A DNA stretch of 37,106 nt from Saprospiraceae bacterium (GCA_020852155.1 JADZBJ010000253.1:1-37106); one strand, 5' to 3'; counted from the first letter of the stretch, positions 8,011 through 17,848 are shown. Notes: generated by a model not told the origin, from the letters alone. Program-made: numbers and translations.

Positions 8011-8652
8011 ATGTTACCCGATTTTTTACAACAAATTAAAGATCGCCTCAACCAACCCCTGCCCGGCCGTGAAGTGCAATACGAGATGGCCAGCCTGCGT
8101 CGAATACAGGAATTGACGTCTTTGTCTTTTTCGGCACCCGACGATGCGAAAATTGCCTGTGTGCTCATCCTCACCTGGCCCGATGCCAGCGGCAACTGGG
8201 CAACGGCCCTCATTCAGCGCACCAGTAACCCCAACGACCGACACAGCGGACAAATCAGCTTTCCCGGCGGCCGATACGAACCCGACGACCCCAGCCTGGA
8301 ACACGTCGCCCTGCGCGAAGCACAGGAAGAAATTGGTATTGCTCCCGATCAGGTAGCTATTATTGGGCGACTCACCGAATTATACATTCCCGTCAGCAAC
8401 TTTCTGGTACACCCTTTTGTGGGCTGGACACCTCGCGAGCCGTCGTTCGTTCTGCAAGCCGGCGAAGTCGAGCGCATCCTCACCCCTACCCTGAGCTGGC
8501 TCCGACAGCCGCAGGCTAAAAAAGCCACATCCATTCAAATTGGCAGCGGCGCACAATTGACGAATGTTCCTTTCTTCGATGTCGAAAATCATGTAGTTTG
8601 GGGCGCAACGGCCATGATAATCAATGAATTATTAGCAATTTTGCCCGATTAG
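8011..8652 (+). CDS. Nudix hydrolase, CoA pyrophosphatase type
   Basis: The sequence LIQRTSNPNDRHSGQISFPGGRYEPDDPSLEHVALREAQEEIGI holds a CoAse-type upstream motif plus a Nudix box (REAQEEIG). The track start at 7930 is a TTG that reads through the hairpin. The ATG at 8011 (MLPDFLQQIK) is preferred. Confidence 0.85.
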   Translation: MLPDFLQQIKDRLNQPLPGREVQYEMASLRRIQELTSLSFSAPDDAKIACVLILTWPDASGNWATALIQRTSNPNDRHSGQISFPGGRYEPDDPSLEHVALREAQEEIGIAPDQVAIIGRLTELYIPVSNFLVHPFVGWTPREPSFVLQAGEVERILTPTLSWLRQPQAKKATSIQIGSGAQLTNVPFFDVENHVVWGATAMIINELLAILPD

Positions 8653-8674
8653 AAACAGTGAAATAATAACTTAT

Positions 8675-8778
8675 AGTCAACTCAAAGCGGTCTTGAACGA
8701 CTCAAGTCTGTAAATCATTGAAAATCATGAAAATCAATCACGAAAATCTTCAAAATCACATAAATCCGGGTATAGTCT
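8675..8778 (+). repeat. Intergenic repeat element, copy 1 (family shared with 11947-12021)
   Basis: Copy 1 begins agtcaactcaaagcggtcttgaacgactcaagtctgtaaatcattgaaaatc... and aligns at about 85% over the first 52 nt with 11947 onward. It then has five extra gaaaatc-type units and ends taaatccgggtatagtct directly at the ATG at 8779. Confidence 0.7.
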
Positions 8779-9921
8779 ATGCAATACGAACTCAGCCATT
8801 GGGAATATGAAAGTTTCTACCGCGATATTGATGTTGCGGTAATTGGAAGTGGCATCGTCGGGCTGGCCGCAGCATTGCACCTCAAAGCCCTGCGCCCAAC
8901 CATGAATGTAGCCATCATTGAGCGCGGGCCTTTGCCTGTTGGCGCTAGCACGCGAAATGCGGGTTTCGCATGCTTCGGTTCCATGACCGAACTCATGGAC
9001 GACCTCACGCACATGAGCGAGGACGATGTTTTGTCGGTGGTCGAAAAACGCTGGCGCGGATTGCAGGCTCTTCGCCAACTGGCCGGCGACGAAAACATGG
9101 ACTATCACGGCTGGGGCGGTTATGAAATGTTCACCGATGAGGAGGAAAATATATTTCAGGCCTGCTGCGAACGCATGCCCGAATTCAATGAAAAAATCGG
9201 GCGAATCACTGGCCACCCGGAGGTTTATCGCGTGGCTGACGAGCGTTTGCCCAAATTCGGCTTTAAAGGCGCGCGCCGACTGATCCTCAATCAGGCCGAA
9301 GGGCAGGTCAACACCGGGCGTATGATGTCAGCGCTGTTGGCTAAAGCGCAGGCCGCCGGCATCAGGACGATCAACGGACTGGCCATTCGCCGGATGCACG
9401 ATGAAGGTTCGGGCGTAACCCTTGAAATGGAGCCGGGCTGGACGATTCAGGTGCCCAAAGTGCTGGTTTGCGTCAACGGTTTTGCCCGTCAGTTGCTGCA
9501 ACGTGATGATGTATGGCCCGCCCGCAATCAGGTTTTAGTCACCAAACCCATACCCGGACTTCGGGTGGAAGGTTGTTTCCACTACGACCGCGGTTATATT
9601 TATTTCCGCAACCTCGACGGGCGCATCCTGCTGGGCGGCGGCCGCAACCTGGATTTTGAAGGTGAAAAAAAGGAGGATTTCGGTGCTCATGATCGCATTC
9701 GCGAAGCCCTGACCAATTTTTTGCATACGGTCATTTGTCCTGATGAAAAACCAGAAATTGATCGCTGGTGGACAGGCGTAATGGGCCTTGGCCCGGTGAA
9801 AAAGCCGATTATTGAACAAACTTCGGCCAACGTTACTATCGCGGTGCGTATGAGCGGCATGGGCGTGGCCATCGGTACTTTAGTCGGGCAACAGGGCGCG
9901 GAATTGCTGCTGAAGGCGTAA
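8779..9921 (+). CDS. FAD-dependent oxidoreductase (DAO/glycine-oxidase-like family)
   Basis: A 380-aa protein with the N-terminal Rossmann motif DVAVIGSGIVGLAAALHL. Its length and C-terminal MSGMGVAIG region fit DAO-family flavoproteins. The substrate is unknown. Confidence 0.8.
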   Translation: MQYELSHWEYESFYRDIDVAVIGSGIVGLAAALHLKALRPTMNVAIIERGPLPVGASTRNAGFACFGSMTELMDDLTHMSEDDVLSVVEKRWRGLQALRQLAGDENMDYHGWGGYEMFTDEEENIFQACCERMPEFNEKIGRITGHPEVYRVADERLPKFGFKGARRLILNQAEGQVNTGRMMSALLAKAQAAGIRTINGLAIRRMHDEGSGVTLEMEPGWTIQVPKVLVCVNGFARQLLQRDDVWPARNQVLVTKPIPGLRVEGCFHYDRGYIYFRNLDGRILLGGGRNLDFEGEKKEDFGAHDRIREALTNFLHTVICPDEKPEIDRWWTGVMGLGPVKKPIIEQTSANVTIAVRMSGMGVAIGTLVGQQGAELLLKA

Positions 9922-10224
9922 CCATTACTTGACTTTCTGCGAAACAAGACAACAACGAATCCCTATTTTGAAAGAAACAGCCTATTGTTGGGCCTCAACA
10001 AGAGAACCTCAAAGGAAACAACATTGCAAACAGGTTACCAGTATCAATTTGATTACAAAATAAATGATGAAACAGGAAGAGACTTTCTTCAATTCGGATT
10101 GTACATCAAATGTCCAGAAATAGCAGTTTCAACTAAGTGTTAAATCCCTGATTTACACCTTTGCCATTTGTTAACAGCCCACCAGGCACCATTTTTTTTA
10201 CGACGCCCATACTTTTGCGGCGTC

Positions 10225-10614
10225 ATGACAGGAATACGTCACCTGCTATATCCGTTTATCTTTCTGCTGGCCTATGGTAATCTGGCGCATTCTGCTGCCA
10301 ACCATAGCCCAACACGCTGTTCGATTGATGACCACATCAAACAACAGGTTGTTGCTGCATTTATTGAAGATGCAGACCTCTCCGATCAGTTTGACGAGGA
10401 ATTGCCTTACATTCTGGAAGAAAATTCTTCTTCAAGCAATGATGACGACAACAGTAGCAACAACGACGATTTTGAGCAGGAAAGCAACGACCTGAGTGAA
10501 TGGCATTCGCGCCTTCATATTGCATACCTTGACCGGCATCTCGCTTTCGCCGGCCAGCCGCTGCGCTCCAATACTGCTCCGCTCTATCTGCTCAACAGGG
10601 TTTTCAGAATCTAG
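10225..10614 (+). CDS. Small secreted hypothetical protein with an acidic Ser/Asp/Asn low-complexity core
   Basis: The ATG at 10225 gives MTGIRHLLYPFIFLLAYGNLAHSA (signal-like), then ...EENSSSSNDDDNSSNNDDFEQESNDLSEW..., ending APLYLLNRVFRI. The track start (TTG at 10168) is unlikely. It lies immediately upstream of the RND operon. Confidence 0.45.
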   Translation: MTGIRHLLYPFIFLLAYGNLAHSAANHSPTRCSIDDHIKQQVVAAFIEDADLSDQFDEELPYILEENSSSSNDDDNSSNNDDFEQESNDLSEWHSRLHIAYLDRHLAFAGQPLRSNTAPLYLLNRVFRI

Positions 10615-10768
10615 AGCGACCTCCTTCCCACTTTTTCATATTCAATCTACGCCGCTTGTCTTTGCGGCGCAGGTTCCTTTTGCTGTTTTGATCCATACCC
10701 TGACGGTACTGGCCTACAGCAACTCCGCTTGACTTTATTGCATTAACCACTCCAATCTCTTAAACATC

Positions 10769-11863
10769 ATGATTAGACTTATGATGCTGGCAGGATTTGC
10801 ATCCTTGTTGGCTTTTCAGAACTGTACGACCGCCACTGCCGAAAAACAGGAAAACACAGAAAGCACAGGCAAATTCATTGTGACACAGCCTGTAACGATG
10901 GACACTTCGTTCATCAAAGAATATGTTTCTCAAATACGTTCGATTAGAAACATTGAAATCCATGCACAGGAAAAGGGATTTCTGCAAAATATCTATGTAG
11001 ATGAAGGACAATTCGTGAAGAGCGGACAACTATTGTTCAAAATCATGCCTTCGCTGTATGAGGCTGAATTGCAAAAAGCGCAGGCCGAAGCAAAAGCCGC
11101 TGAAATTGAATTGCAAAATGCTACGGCACTGGCTGAAAAGAACGTGATTTCCAAAAATGAACAAGCGCTGGCACAAGCTAAACTGGAACAGGCAAAAGCA
11201 GCAGTAACCATGGCTAAAGTCCACTTGTCATTCACCGAAATCCGCGCCCCCTTCGATGGTTATATTGACCGCATTCCGAAAAAAGTAGGCAGCCTGATTG
11301 ATGAAGGCGAACTCCTGACCAGCCTGTCGGACAACAGCAAAATGTTCGCTTATTTCAACGTTTCCGAACCGGAATACCTCGAATACCAAACCAACGTAAA
11401 AGGCCGCGCCGAAAATGTCATCAGCCTGATGCTGGCCAATGGCCAAACCCATAAATACAAAGGAAAGGTAGAAGTCATCGAAAGCGAATTTGACAGTGAA
11501 ACAGGGAATATCGCATTTCGCGCGCTTTTCCCCAATCCGGACAACCTGCTTAGAAATGGCGAAACGGGTAAAGTTGTCATGAGAATGCCGATTAAAAATG
11601 CGCTCATTATTCCGCAAAAGGCAACTTACGAAATTCAGAACAAGAAATATGTCTTCGTTGTGGGCGCTGATAACGTACTCAAATCTCGCGAAATCACCAT
11701 TACAGGGGAGGTGCCGGATTTGTATGTAGTCAGAAGCGGCCTTAACCCGGATGAGAAGATTTTGCTGGAAGGCATTCAGAAAGCAAAAGACGATGAGAAA
11801 ATTGAATTCGAATTTCAGGAGCCCAAAGAGGTCGTCTCGAATTTGAAATTGAAAGCCGAGTAA
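10769..11863 (+). CDS. RND efflux periplasmic adaptor subunit (membrane fusion protein), lipoprotein
   Basis: The signal plus lipobox is MIRLMMLAGFASLLAFQNC. The coiled-coil hairpin YEAELQKAQAEAKAAEIELQNA...AKLEQAKAAVTMAKVHL is followed by the conserved TEIRAPFDGYIDRI. Confidence 0.9.
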   Translation: MIRLMMLAGFASLLAFQNCTTATAEKQENTESTGKFIVTQPVTMDTSFIKEYVSQIRSIRNIEIHAQEKGFLQNIYVDEGQFVKSGQLLFKIMPSLYEAELQKAQAEAKAAEIELQNATALAEKNVISKNEQALAQAKLEQAKAAVTMAKVHLSFTEIRAPFDGYIDRIPKKVGSLIDEGELLTSLSDNSKMFAYFNVSEPEYLEYQTNVKGRAENVISLMLANGQTHKYKGKVEVIESEFDSETGNIAFRALFPNPDNLLRNGETGKVVMRMPIKNALIIPQKATYEIQNKKYVFVVGADNVLKSREITITGEVPDLYVVRSGLNPDEKILLEGIQKAKDDEKIEFEFQEPKEVVSNLKLKAE

Positions 11864-11946
11864 TCCCTTCTCTTTTCGTAAAAACCTGGCAGCGTTTCAG
11901 GGACAGCAAAAGCAGACACTATTTACCTGAAAAGGTTACTTTTTAA

Positions 11947-12021
11947 AGTCAACCCAAAGTGGTTTTGAACGATTTGCGTCTGTAAATCTTTGAAAATTGC
12001 TTAAATCCTGGTATAAGTTTG
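11947..12021 (+). repeat. Intergenic repeat element, copy 2, inside the RND operon
   Basis: The sequence agtcaacccaaagtggttttgaacgatttgcgtctgtaaatctttgaaaattgcttaaatcctggtataagtttg is homologous to 8675-8778. Confidence 0.7.
11989..12021 (+). promoter_or_regulatory. Candidate Bacteroidota sigma-A promoter (TTTG-N21-TAAGTTTG)
   Basis: TTTG at 11989-11992 and TAAGTTTG at 12014-12021 are separated by 21 nt. This matches the published Bacteroides -33/-7 consensus TTTG ... TAnnTTTG. It lies about 90 nt upstream of the pump ATG at 12112. Confidence 0.4.
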
Positions 12022-12111
12022 ATGCGACGCATCAGACACAAACAGGGCTATGGGCCGACAGTTCCGAAACGCAATTGCCATAGTTTTTACCCCATTTTTA
12101 AACTTACGGAA

Positions 12112-15100
12112 ATGTTTAAAATATTTATACATCGACCGGTGCTGTCGATTGTAATATCCCTTATTATTGTTTTCATGGGCGCCTTGTCGCTCGTGAAGTT
12201 GCCCGTAACGCAATTCCCCTCTATTTCGCCGCCAAAAGTGAATGTGGTCGCGGAATATCCGGGTGCGAATAACGAGCTCATGACCAAGGCCGTAATCATC
12301 CCTCTGGAAAGGGCTTTGAACGGTGTGCCGGGCATGAAATACATTACTTCCGATGCCGGTAACGACGGTGAAGGCATGGTGCAAATCTTCTTCAACCTCG
12401 GCACCGACCCCAACCAGGCGTCCCTGAACGTACAAAACCGCGTGGCTTCAGTGGTCAACAAACTGCCGCCGCTGGTCGTACGTGAAGGCGTGAAAATCTC
12501 GCGCGAGGAGTCCAACATGTTGATGTACATCAACTTGTTCAGTACCGACTCGCTGGCCGACCAGAAGTTTCTGTTCAACTTCGCCGACATCAACCTGCTT
12601 TCAGAATTGCGCCGGGTAGATGGCGTCGGTTTTGCCGATATCCTGGGTAACCGGGAATACGCCATGCGTATTTGGCTCAAACCCGACCGATTGCTGGCCT
12701 ACAAAATTTCCGCAGAGGAAGTCATGGAAGCGCTCAGCGCACAAAGCCTTGAAGCCTCTCCAGGTAAAACGGGCGAAAGTTCAGGCAAGCGCTCTCAGGC
12801 ATTTGAATATGTACTGAAATATCCGGGCCGTTTCACCACAGAAGAAGAATATAGCAACGTTGTCTTGAGGGCAAGCCCTAATGGTGAAATGCTGCGCCTT
12901 AAAGACGTGGCCAGGATTGAATTCGGCAGCTCGATGTACGACATTTACTCCAACCTGAATGGCAAACCGTCAGCAGCGATCGTACTCAAGCAATCGTATG
13001 GTAGTAATGCCAGCCAGGTCATCAAGGACGTGAAGGCCAAACTGAAGGAAATCAAGGCTAATTCTTTTCCTACAGGCATGGATTACGAGATGAGTTATGA
13101 CGTATCCACGTTTTTGGATGCTTCCATCGAGAAAGTATTGCACACACTGGTTGAGGCATTTTTGTTGGTGGGTCTTGTGGTGTTTTTGTTCCTGGGCGAC
13201 TGGCGTTCGACGCTGATTCCGACGATTGCAGTACCGGTATCGCTGATTGGCACCTTTATGTTCATGCAATATTTTGGTATTACGCTCAACATGATTACGC
13301 TGTTTGCGCTGGTACTTGCCATTGGTATTGTTGTGGACAATGCGATTGTCGTCGTGGAGGCAGTTCACGCCAAAATGGAGACCAAGCACCTGCCACCGGT
13401 TCAGGCGACGGAAGAGGCCATGCACGAAATCAGTGGCGCTATCATTGCCATTACGCTGGTGATGGCAGCGGTATTCATTCCCGTAGCCTTTATGTCGGGC
13501 CCGGTCGGTATTTTTTATCGCCAGTTTTCCATAACCATGGCGACGTCCATCGTGCTTTCCGGTTTGATCGCTTTGACGCTGACGCCTGCGCTTTGCGCCA
13601 TGATGTTAAAAAATACGCACGGACAACCCCGCAAGAAAACGATCTTGAACAGGTTGCTGGATGGTTTCAATAACTGGTTTAATAACCTGTCGTCGGGTTA
13701 TCGGAATATTTTGAAATTGATCGTCAACAGGCGCGTGATAACGCTGGGTGTCTTGGTGGCATTTTTTGCCGGAACCTGGTATTTCAATAACACCCTGCCT
13801 ACAGGTTTTATTCCGAGCGAGGATCAGGGTATGTTTTACGCCGTTATCCAAACGCCGCCGGGGTCCAGCCTTGAACGGACCAACGAGGTGGCAGAAAGGC
13901 TGCAAAAAATTGCCGAGGAAATCGAAGATGTACAATCTGTATCCTGCCTGGCCGGTTATGAAATCCTGACCGAAGGCACCGGCGCAAACTCGGGCACTTG
14001 CCTGATTAACCTGAAACGCTGGGACGAGCGCAAACACTCGGCCCGCGAGGTGATCGAAGAAATTGAAGAGCGTTCAAAAGACATTGCGGGCGCTACCATC
14101 GAATTCTTCCAGCCACCGGCAGTACCGGGCTATGGCGCGGCAGGTGGTTTTGAACTGCGCTTGCTGGACAAAGCAGGTTCGGGCGACTATAAAAAGATGG
14201 AAACCGTCAACACCGAGTTTGTAGAGGCGCTCAACCAGCGTCCTGAACTATCGTCGGTTTTCTCCTTTTACAGTGCGAGTTTCCCGCCGTACATGTTGCG
14301 CATTGATAACGATATCGCACAGCAAAAAGGCGTGAGTATCGAAAATGCAACCAATACGCTTTCCACTTTGCTCGGTAGTAACTACGAGATCAGTTTCATC
14401 AAGTACGGACGTCAATACAAGGTCATTGTTCAGGCATCACCGGAATATCGCGCTTTGCCGGAAGACATCCTGAAATTGTATGTCAAGAACGACCGTGAAG
14501 AGATGGTGCCATTTTCGGCATTTATGAAAATGGAAAAAGTGTACGGCCTTTCAGAGATTACACGACACAACCTGTATAATGCTTCAGAAATCAGCGGACA
14601 GGCAGCGCAAGGATACAGTAGCGGCGACGCCATCAAAGCCATTAATGAAGTGGCTGAGAAATTTCTGCCTCGCGGCTTCGGTATTGACTGGGCTGGTATC
14701 TCCAGGGACGAGGTGGCGCGTGGCAACGAAGCCTTGTACATCTTCATGATTTGTCTGGGTTTTGTGTACCTGATTCTGGCTGCGCAATACGAAAGTTTTA
14801 TCCTGCCGTTTGTGGTCATTCTATCGCTGGCCACCGGTGTTTTCGGGGCCTTTCTCTTTTTGAAACTTACGGGACTGGAAAACAATATTTATGCCCAGGT
14901 GGCTATCGTCATGCTGATCGGTCTGCTGGGTAAAAATGCTGTGTTGATCGTCGAATTTGCCGTACAACGACACCGGTCTGGCGATAGCGTATTTACAGCG
15001 GCCGTCGAAGGTTCTGTGGCGAGGTTCCGCCCGATCCTGATGACCTCTTTTGCCTTCATTGCAGGTTTGATTCCACTCGTATTTGCCACAGGCCCCGGCG

Positions 15101-15285
15101 CCATCGGCAACCGCACCATTGGTACGGCTTCTGCCGGCGGTATGCTTATCGGTACTGTCATGGGTGTATTAGTCATTCCCGGCTTGTATTATTTGATCGG
15201 TCGGAAATCAGAGCAAGTGCATTTTGTGACAGATGAAGAAGAAAATCCTTTAACAGAAGAAATAGATCACCATGTTGAATTCTAA
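12112..15285 (+). CDS. RND efflux permease, HAE1 (AcrB/MexB-like) family
   Basis: The ATG at 12112 gives MFKIFIHRPVLSIVISLIIVFMGALSLVKLPVTQFPSISPPKVNVVAEYPGAN..., colinear with the AcrB N-terminus. The protein is about 1057 aa with 12 TM helices and two large periplasmic loops. The 31-codon extension in the track (from 12019) overlaps the -7 box and is rejected. Confidence 0.95.
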   Translation: MFKIFIHRPVLSIVISLIIVFMGALSLVKLPVTQFPSISPPKVNVVAEYPGANNELMTKAVIIPLERALNGVPGMKYITSDAGNDGEGMVQIFFNLGTDPNQASLNVQNRVASVVNKLPPLVVREGVKISREESNMLMYINLFSTDSLADQKFLFNFADINLLSELRRVDGVGFADILGNREYAMRIWLKPDRLLAYKISAEEVMEALSAQSLEASPGKTGESSGKRSQAFEYVLKYPGRFTTEEEYSNVVLRASPNGEMLRLKDVARIEFGSSMYDIYSNLNGKPSAAIVLKQSYGSNASQVIKDVKAKLKEIKANSFPTGMDYEMSYDVSTFLDASIEKVLHTLVEAFLLVGLVVFLFLGDWRSTLIPTIAVPVSLIGTFMFMQYFGITLNMITLFALVLAIGIVVDNAIVVVEAVHAKMETKHLPPVQATEEAMHEISGAIIAITLVMAAVFIPVAFMSGPVGIFYRQFSITMATSIVLSGLIALTLTPALCAMMLKNTHGQPRKKTILNRLLDGFNNWFNNLSSGYRNILKLIVNRRVITLGVLVAFFAGTWYFNNTLPTGFIPSEDQGMFYAVIQTPPGSSLERTNEVAERLQKIAEEIEDVQSVSCLAGYEILTEGTGANSGTCLINLKRWDERKHSAREVIEEIEERSKDIAGATIEFFQPPAVPGYGAAGGFELRLLDKAGSGDYKKMETVNTEFVEALNQRPELSSVFSFYSASFPPYMLRIDNDIAQQKGVSIENATNTLSTLLGSNYEISFIKYGRQYKVIVQASPEYRALPEDILKLYVKNDREEMVPFSAFMKMEKVYGLSEITRHNLYNASEISGQAAQGYSSGDAIKAINEVAEKFLPRGFGIDWAGISRDEVARGNEALYIFMICLGFVYLILAAQYESFILPFVVILSLATGVFGAFLFLKLTGLENNIYAQVAIVMLIGLLGKNAVLIVEFAVQRHRSGDSVFTAAVEGSVARFRPILMTSFAFIAGLIPLVFATGPGAIGNRTIGTASAGGMLIGTVMGVLVIPGLYYLIGRKSEQVHFVTDEEENPLTEEIDHHVEF

Positions 15286-16708
15286 AATATATCGCCTGCT
15301 CATTCTGCTCATTGCAGGAGTGGCGATAACGGCCTGTAAAGCGCCCTCCATTGCAACGCGAAACGCCAATACTGCGGTACCGGAGTCGTTTGGCAATACC
15401 ACCCGGGACACGAGCAATATTGCTCAATTATCCTGGAAAAACTTTTTCAAAGACCCTGATTTGATTGCATTGATAGATGTTGCCTTGCAAAACAATCAGG
15501 AGTTAAACATCACCTTGCAGGAAATACAAATTTCCCGCAATGAGGTATTGATGCGCAAAGGCGCCATTTTCCCTTCAGTACGCGCAGGCGGCGGTATCGG
15601 ACTCGAAAAAGTAGGTCGTTACACCAGCCAGGGCGCAGGCGATGCTTCGACTGAAATCACACCCGGCGAAGAAGTGCCGGAAGTATTGCTCGATTATGCT
15701 CCCGTGGCTTATGCCAACTGGGAAGTGGACATCTGGAAAAAACTTCGTAACGCGAAAAAGGCCGCTATTACGCGTTACTTGGCCAGCATGGAAGGGAAAA
15801 ACTTTGTGGTGACCAACCTGATCGCAGAAATCGCCAGTTCATACTACGAGTTATTGGCGTTGGACGGTCAACTTCAGATTATTCGGCAAAATATCGAACT
15901 CCAGAAAAACGCCCTGGAAATTGTAAAAATTCAGAAAGAGGCCGCCCAAACAACCGAATTAGGCGTCCAGATATTTCAGGCAGAAGTACTGGCATCGCAG
16001 AGCATGGAATTTGAAATTCTGCGCAGGATTAAGGAAACTGAAAATCGCATCAATTTCCTGTTGGGCCGATACCCGCAGGAAATAAAGCGCACCAAAACAG
16101 ATTTTCTCAACCTGCTGCCGAATGAAGTCCACACGGGTATTCCGACGGCTTTGCTGGCTAACCGGCCCGACATCCGGCAGGCAGAACTTGACCTGGCGGC
16201 GGCAAACATTGATATTAAAGTAGCCAGGGCAGAGTTCTACCCTTCCCTGGAAATATCGGCAGCGCTGGGCTTGCAGGCTTTCAAACCTTCATATCTGTTC
16301 AAATTCCCGGAATCATTGCTGTTCACCATGGCTGGCGAACTGGCTGGCCCGATCATTAACAGGGATGCCATCAAAGCGGAATTTTACAGTGCCAACGCCC
16401 GCCAGTTGCAGGCGCTGTACAACTACGAAAGGTCTATCCTGAACGCCTACCTGGGCGTTTCGACTCAACTGTCGAACATCAGCAACCTGGAGAAAAGTTA
16501 TGCCCTGAAATCACAACAGGTAGATGCATTGAATCGGGCCATCAGCGCCTCCAACGACTTGTTCAAGTCGGCTCGTGTTGACTATTTTGAAGTCTTGATG
16601 ACACAGCGGGATGTGCTGGAAGCCAAACTGGAACTGCTGGAAACCAAGCGTGACATGATGACCTCTGTGGTGCAAGTGTATCGCGAATTGGGCGGCGGCT
16701 GGAGATAA
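15272..16708 (+). CDS. Efflux outer-membrane factor lipoprotein (TolC/NodT family)
   Basis: The lipobox is LLIAGVAITAC. The tandem-repeat architecture includes NRPDIRQAELDLAAANIDIKVARAEFYPSL. It overlaps the pump stop by 14 nt. Confidence 0.9.
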   Translation: MLNSKIYRLLILLIAGVAITACKAPSIATRNANTAVPESFGNTTRDTSNIAQLSWKNFFKDPDLIALIDVALQNNQELNITLQEIQISRNEVLMRKGAIFPSVRAGGGIGLEKVGRYTSQGAGDASTEITPGEEVPEVLLDYAPVAYANWEVDIWKKLRNAKKAAITRYLASMEGKNFVVTNLIAEIASSYYELLALDGQLQIIRQNIELQKNALEIVKIQKEAAQTTELGVQIFQAEVLASQSMEFEILRRIKETENRINFLLGRYPQEIKRTKTDFLNLLPNEVHTGIPTALLANRPDIRQAELDLAAANIDIKVARAEFYPSLEISAALGLQAFKPSYLFKFPESLLFTMAGELAGPIINRDAIKAEFYSANARQLQALYNYERSILNAYLGVSTQLSNISNLEKSYALKSQQVDALNRAISASNDLFKSARVDYFEVLMTQRDVLEAKLELLETKRDMMTSVVQVYRELGGGWR

Positions 16709-16770
16709 CCCGTCGGGATTCCCGACATTTTGAGTTTAAAATTGAGAGCAAGGTTTTTCTTTTAAAGTGG

Positions 16771-16803
16771 AAGGCAGCCAGTAATTGGCTGCCTTTTTAT
16801 TTT
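16771..16803 (+). terminator. Intrinsic terminator of the RND operon
   Basis: AAGGCAGCCA, loop gtaat, then TGGCTGCCTT followed by tttatttt. Confidence 0.8.
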
Positions 16804-16940
16804 GGGGTGGTTCAATTCAGTTCTGTGATGAAAATTTATGGAAATTCAATACGTTATCCACCACTCAGCAGGTAAAAACAACGCCATACCATCAAGGCAA
16901 ATATGTGTAATAGTTGATCCTTACCCATAAATTATTTAAT

Positions 16941-17561
16941 ATGTTGTCCATTAGATTAATAGCACTATCCACCCGCCTTCAAACGACCTCGGAGAGGTTA
17001 TTATTTAATATAAACAATTCAAACATTTACACTTATTACAGTAATAGCGGCTGGACATCTACAAAACTTTGTCTATTATGTGCTTTCACCATGCTGATTT
17101 TTAGTTCTTGTAATGTCTCCAAAACTGAACAGGAAAAAAGTAAAAATGATGTGGATTTTATCATAGCAGAACTTTCTCCATCCGAGATAGAAAGCATTAC
17201 ATCAAAAGACTGTCCTGCTTACCCAAATATGGTAATTCGACGTTTAACAATTAAAAACAACGTGTATGATAAAATTGGGTTTTTTATTTCTAAAAAGTGT
17301 AACGGAACTGTCCCATATATAGGATATGATGCAACAACATATATTGTAGGCGATTCATTGGTTTCACAGGATTTCTCCTGTTTTCAATCTGGGCATAATA
17401 CATTCATAAATAAAGGGGACAGCATAAGCTTATTTTTGAGTTCAAGAGTTTGGCACCCGCATGAAAAGCGCATATTCTCCACTTATGCAATTTTTGATAG
17501 CCTTAACCCGTACATTGGAAAGGATTTTAAATTTGTTGATTCATTATCAGTGTTAAAATGA
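16941..17561 (+). CDS. Low-GC orphan protein, possible lipoprotein (start uncertain)
   Basis: Track ORF 16914..17561. A lipobox-like segment ...TKLCLLCAFTMLIFSSCNVSK sits about 55 codons after the first ATG (16941), and only 6 codons after the next ATG (17091). The N-terminus may therefore be damaged or non-canonical. GC is about 33-35% against about 50% in the flanks. No recognisable motif. Confidence 0.45.
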   Translation: MLSIRLIALSTRLQTTSERLLFNINNSNIYTYYSNSGWTSTKLCLLCAFTMLIFSSCNVSKTEQEKSKNDVDFIIAELSPSEIESITSKDCPAYPNMVIRRLTIKNNVYDKIGFFISKKCNGTVPYIGYDATTYIVGDSLVSQDFSCFQSGHNTFINKGDSISLFLSSRVWHPHEKRIFSTYAIFDSLNPYIGKDFKFVDSLSVLK

Positions 17562-17583
17562 CACCTTCATGCTGGAAAGACTT

Positions 17584-17606
17584 AGAGTGTTCGGGAATTG
17601 GATTTT
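17584..17606 (+). repeat. Solo copy of the MITE terminal repeat
   Basis: agagtgttcgggaattggatttt matches the left end of the 19623-19783 element (agagtgtgttcgggaattggatttt) apart from a 2-nt deletion. Confidence 0.7.
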
Positions 17607-17665
17607 ACGCACTATTCTACTAAATCGCTGCCATTTGACTGTATTTTCACCAAAAAAACAACAAA

Positions 17666-17848
17666 ATGTACTGGAAGTTAATAGCATACCAATCTAAGAT
17701 TTCAGGCATCTTTTTCATTGTTTTAGGAATAAGCCTTATTCACAGGGCCTATTCAGAAAAAGAAGACCGAGATTTGCTTTGGTTCCAGTCATTGTATGGC
17801 GGTATACTTTCTACATGTCTGGGTATAATTCTTATTTTCAATCTTTGA
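17666..17848 (+). CDS. Small two-TM membrane protein (60 aa), low GC
   Basis: MYWKLIAYQSKISGIFFIVLGISLIHRAYSEKEDRDLLWFQSLYGGILSTCLGIILIFNL has two hydrophobic helices separated by a charged loop. It starts with ATG. Confidence 0.4.
   Translation: MYWKLIAYQSKISGIFFIVLGISLIHRAYSEKEDRDLLWFQSLYGGILSTCLGIILIFNL

Noticed and set aside
12019-12111. 31-codon N-terminal extension of the RND pump ORF
   Set aside because: It starts at a TTG inside the predicted -7 promoter box. AcrB-family proteins begin at the MFKIFIHRP-type sequence, which is found at 12112.
16805-16870. T-loop-like ggttcaattc and a later tccaccac string (possible tRNA or att remnant at the islet border)
   Set aside because: The flanking bases do not form a T-stem or acceptor stem, and the two strings are 45 nt apart. 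No tRNA can be folded.
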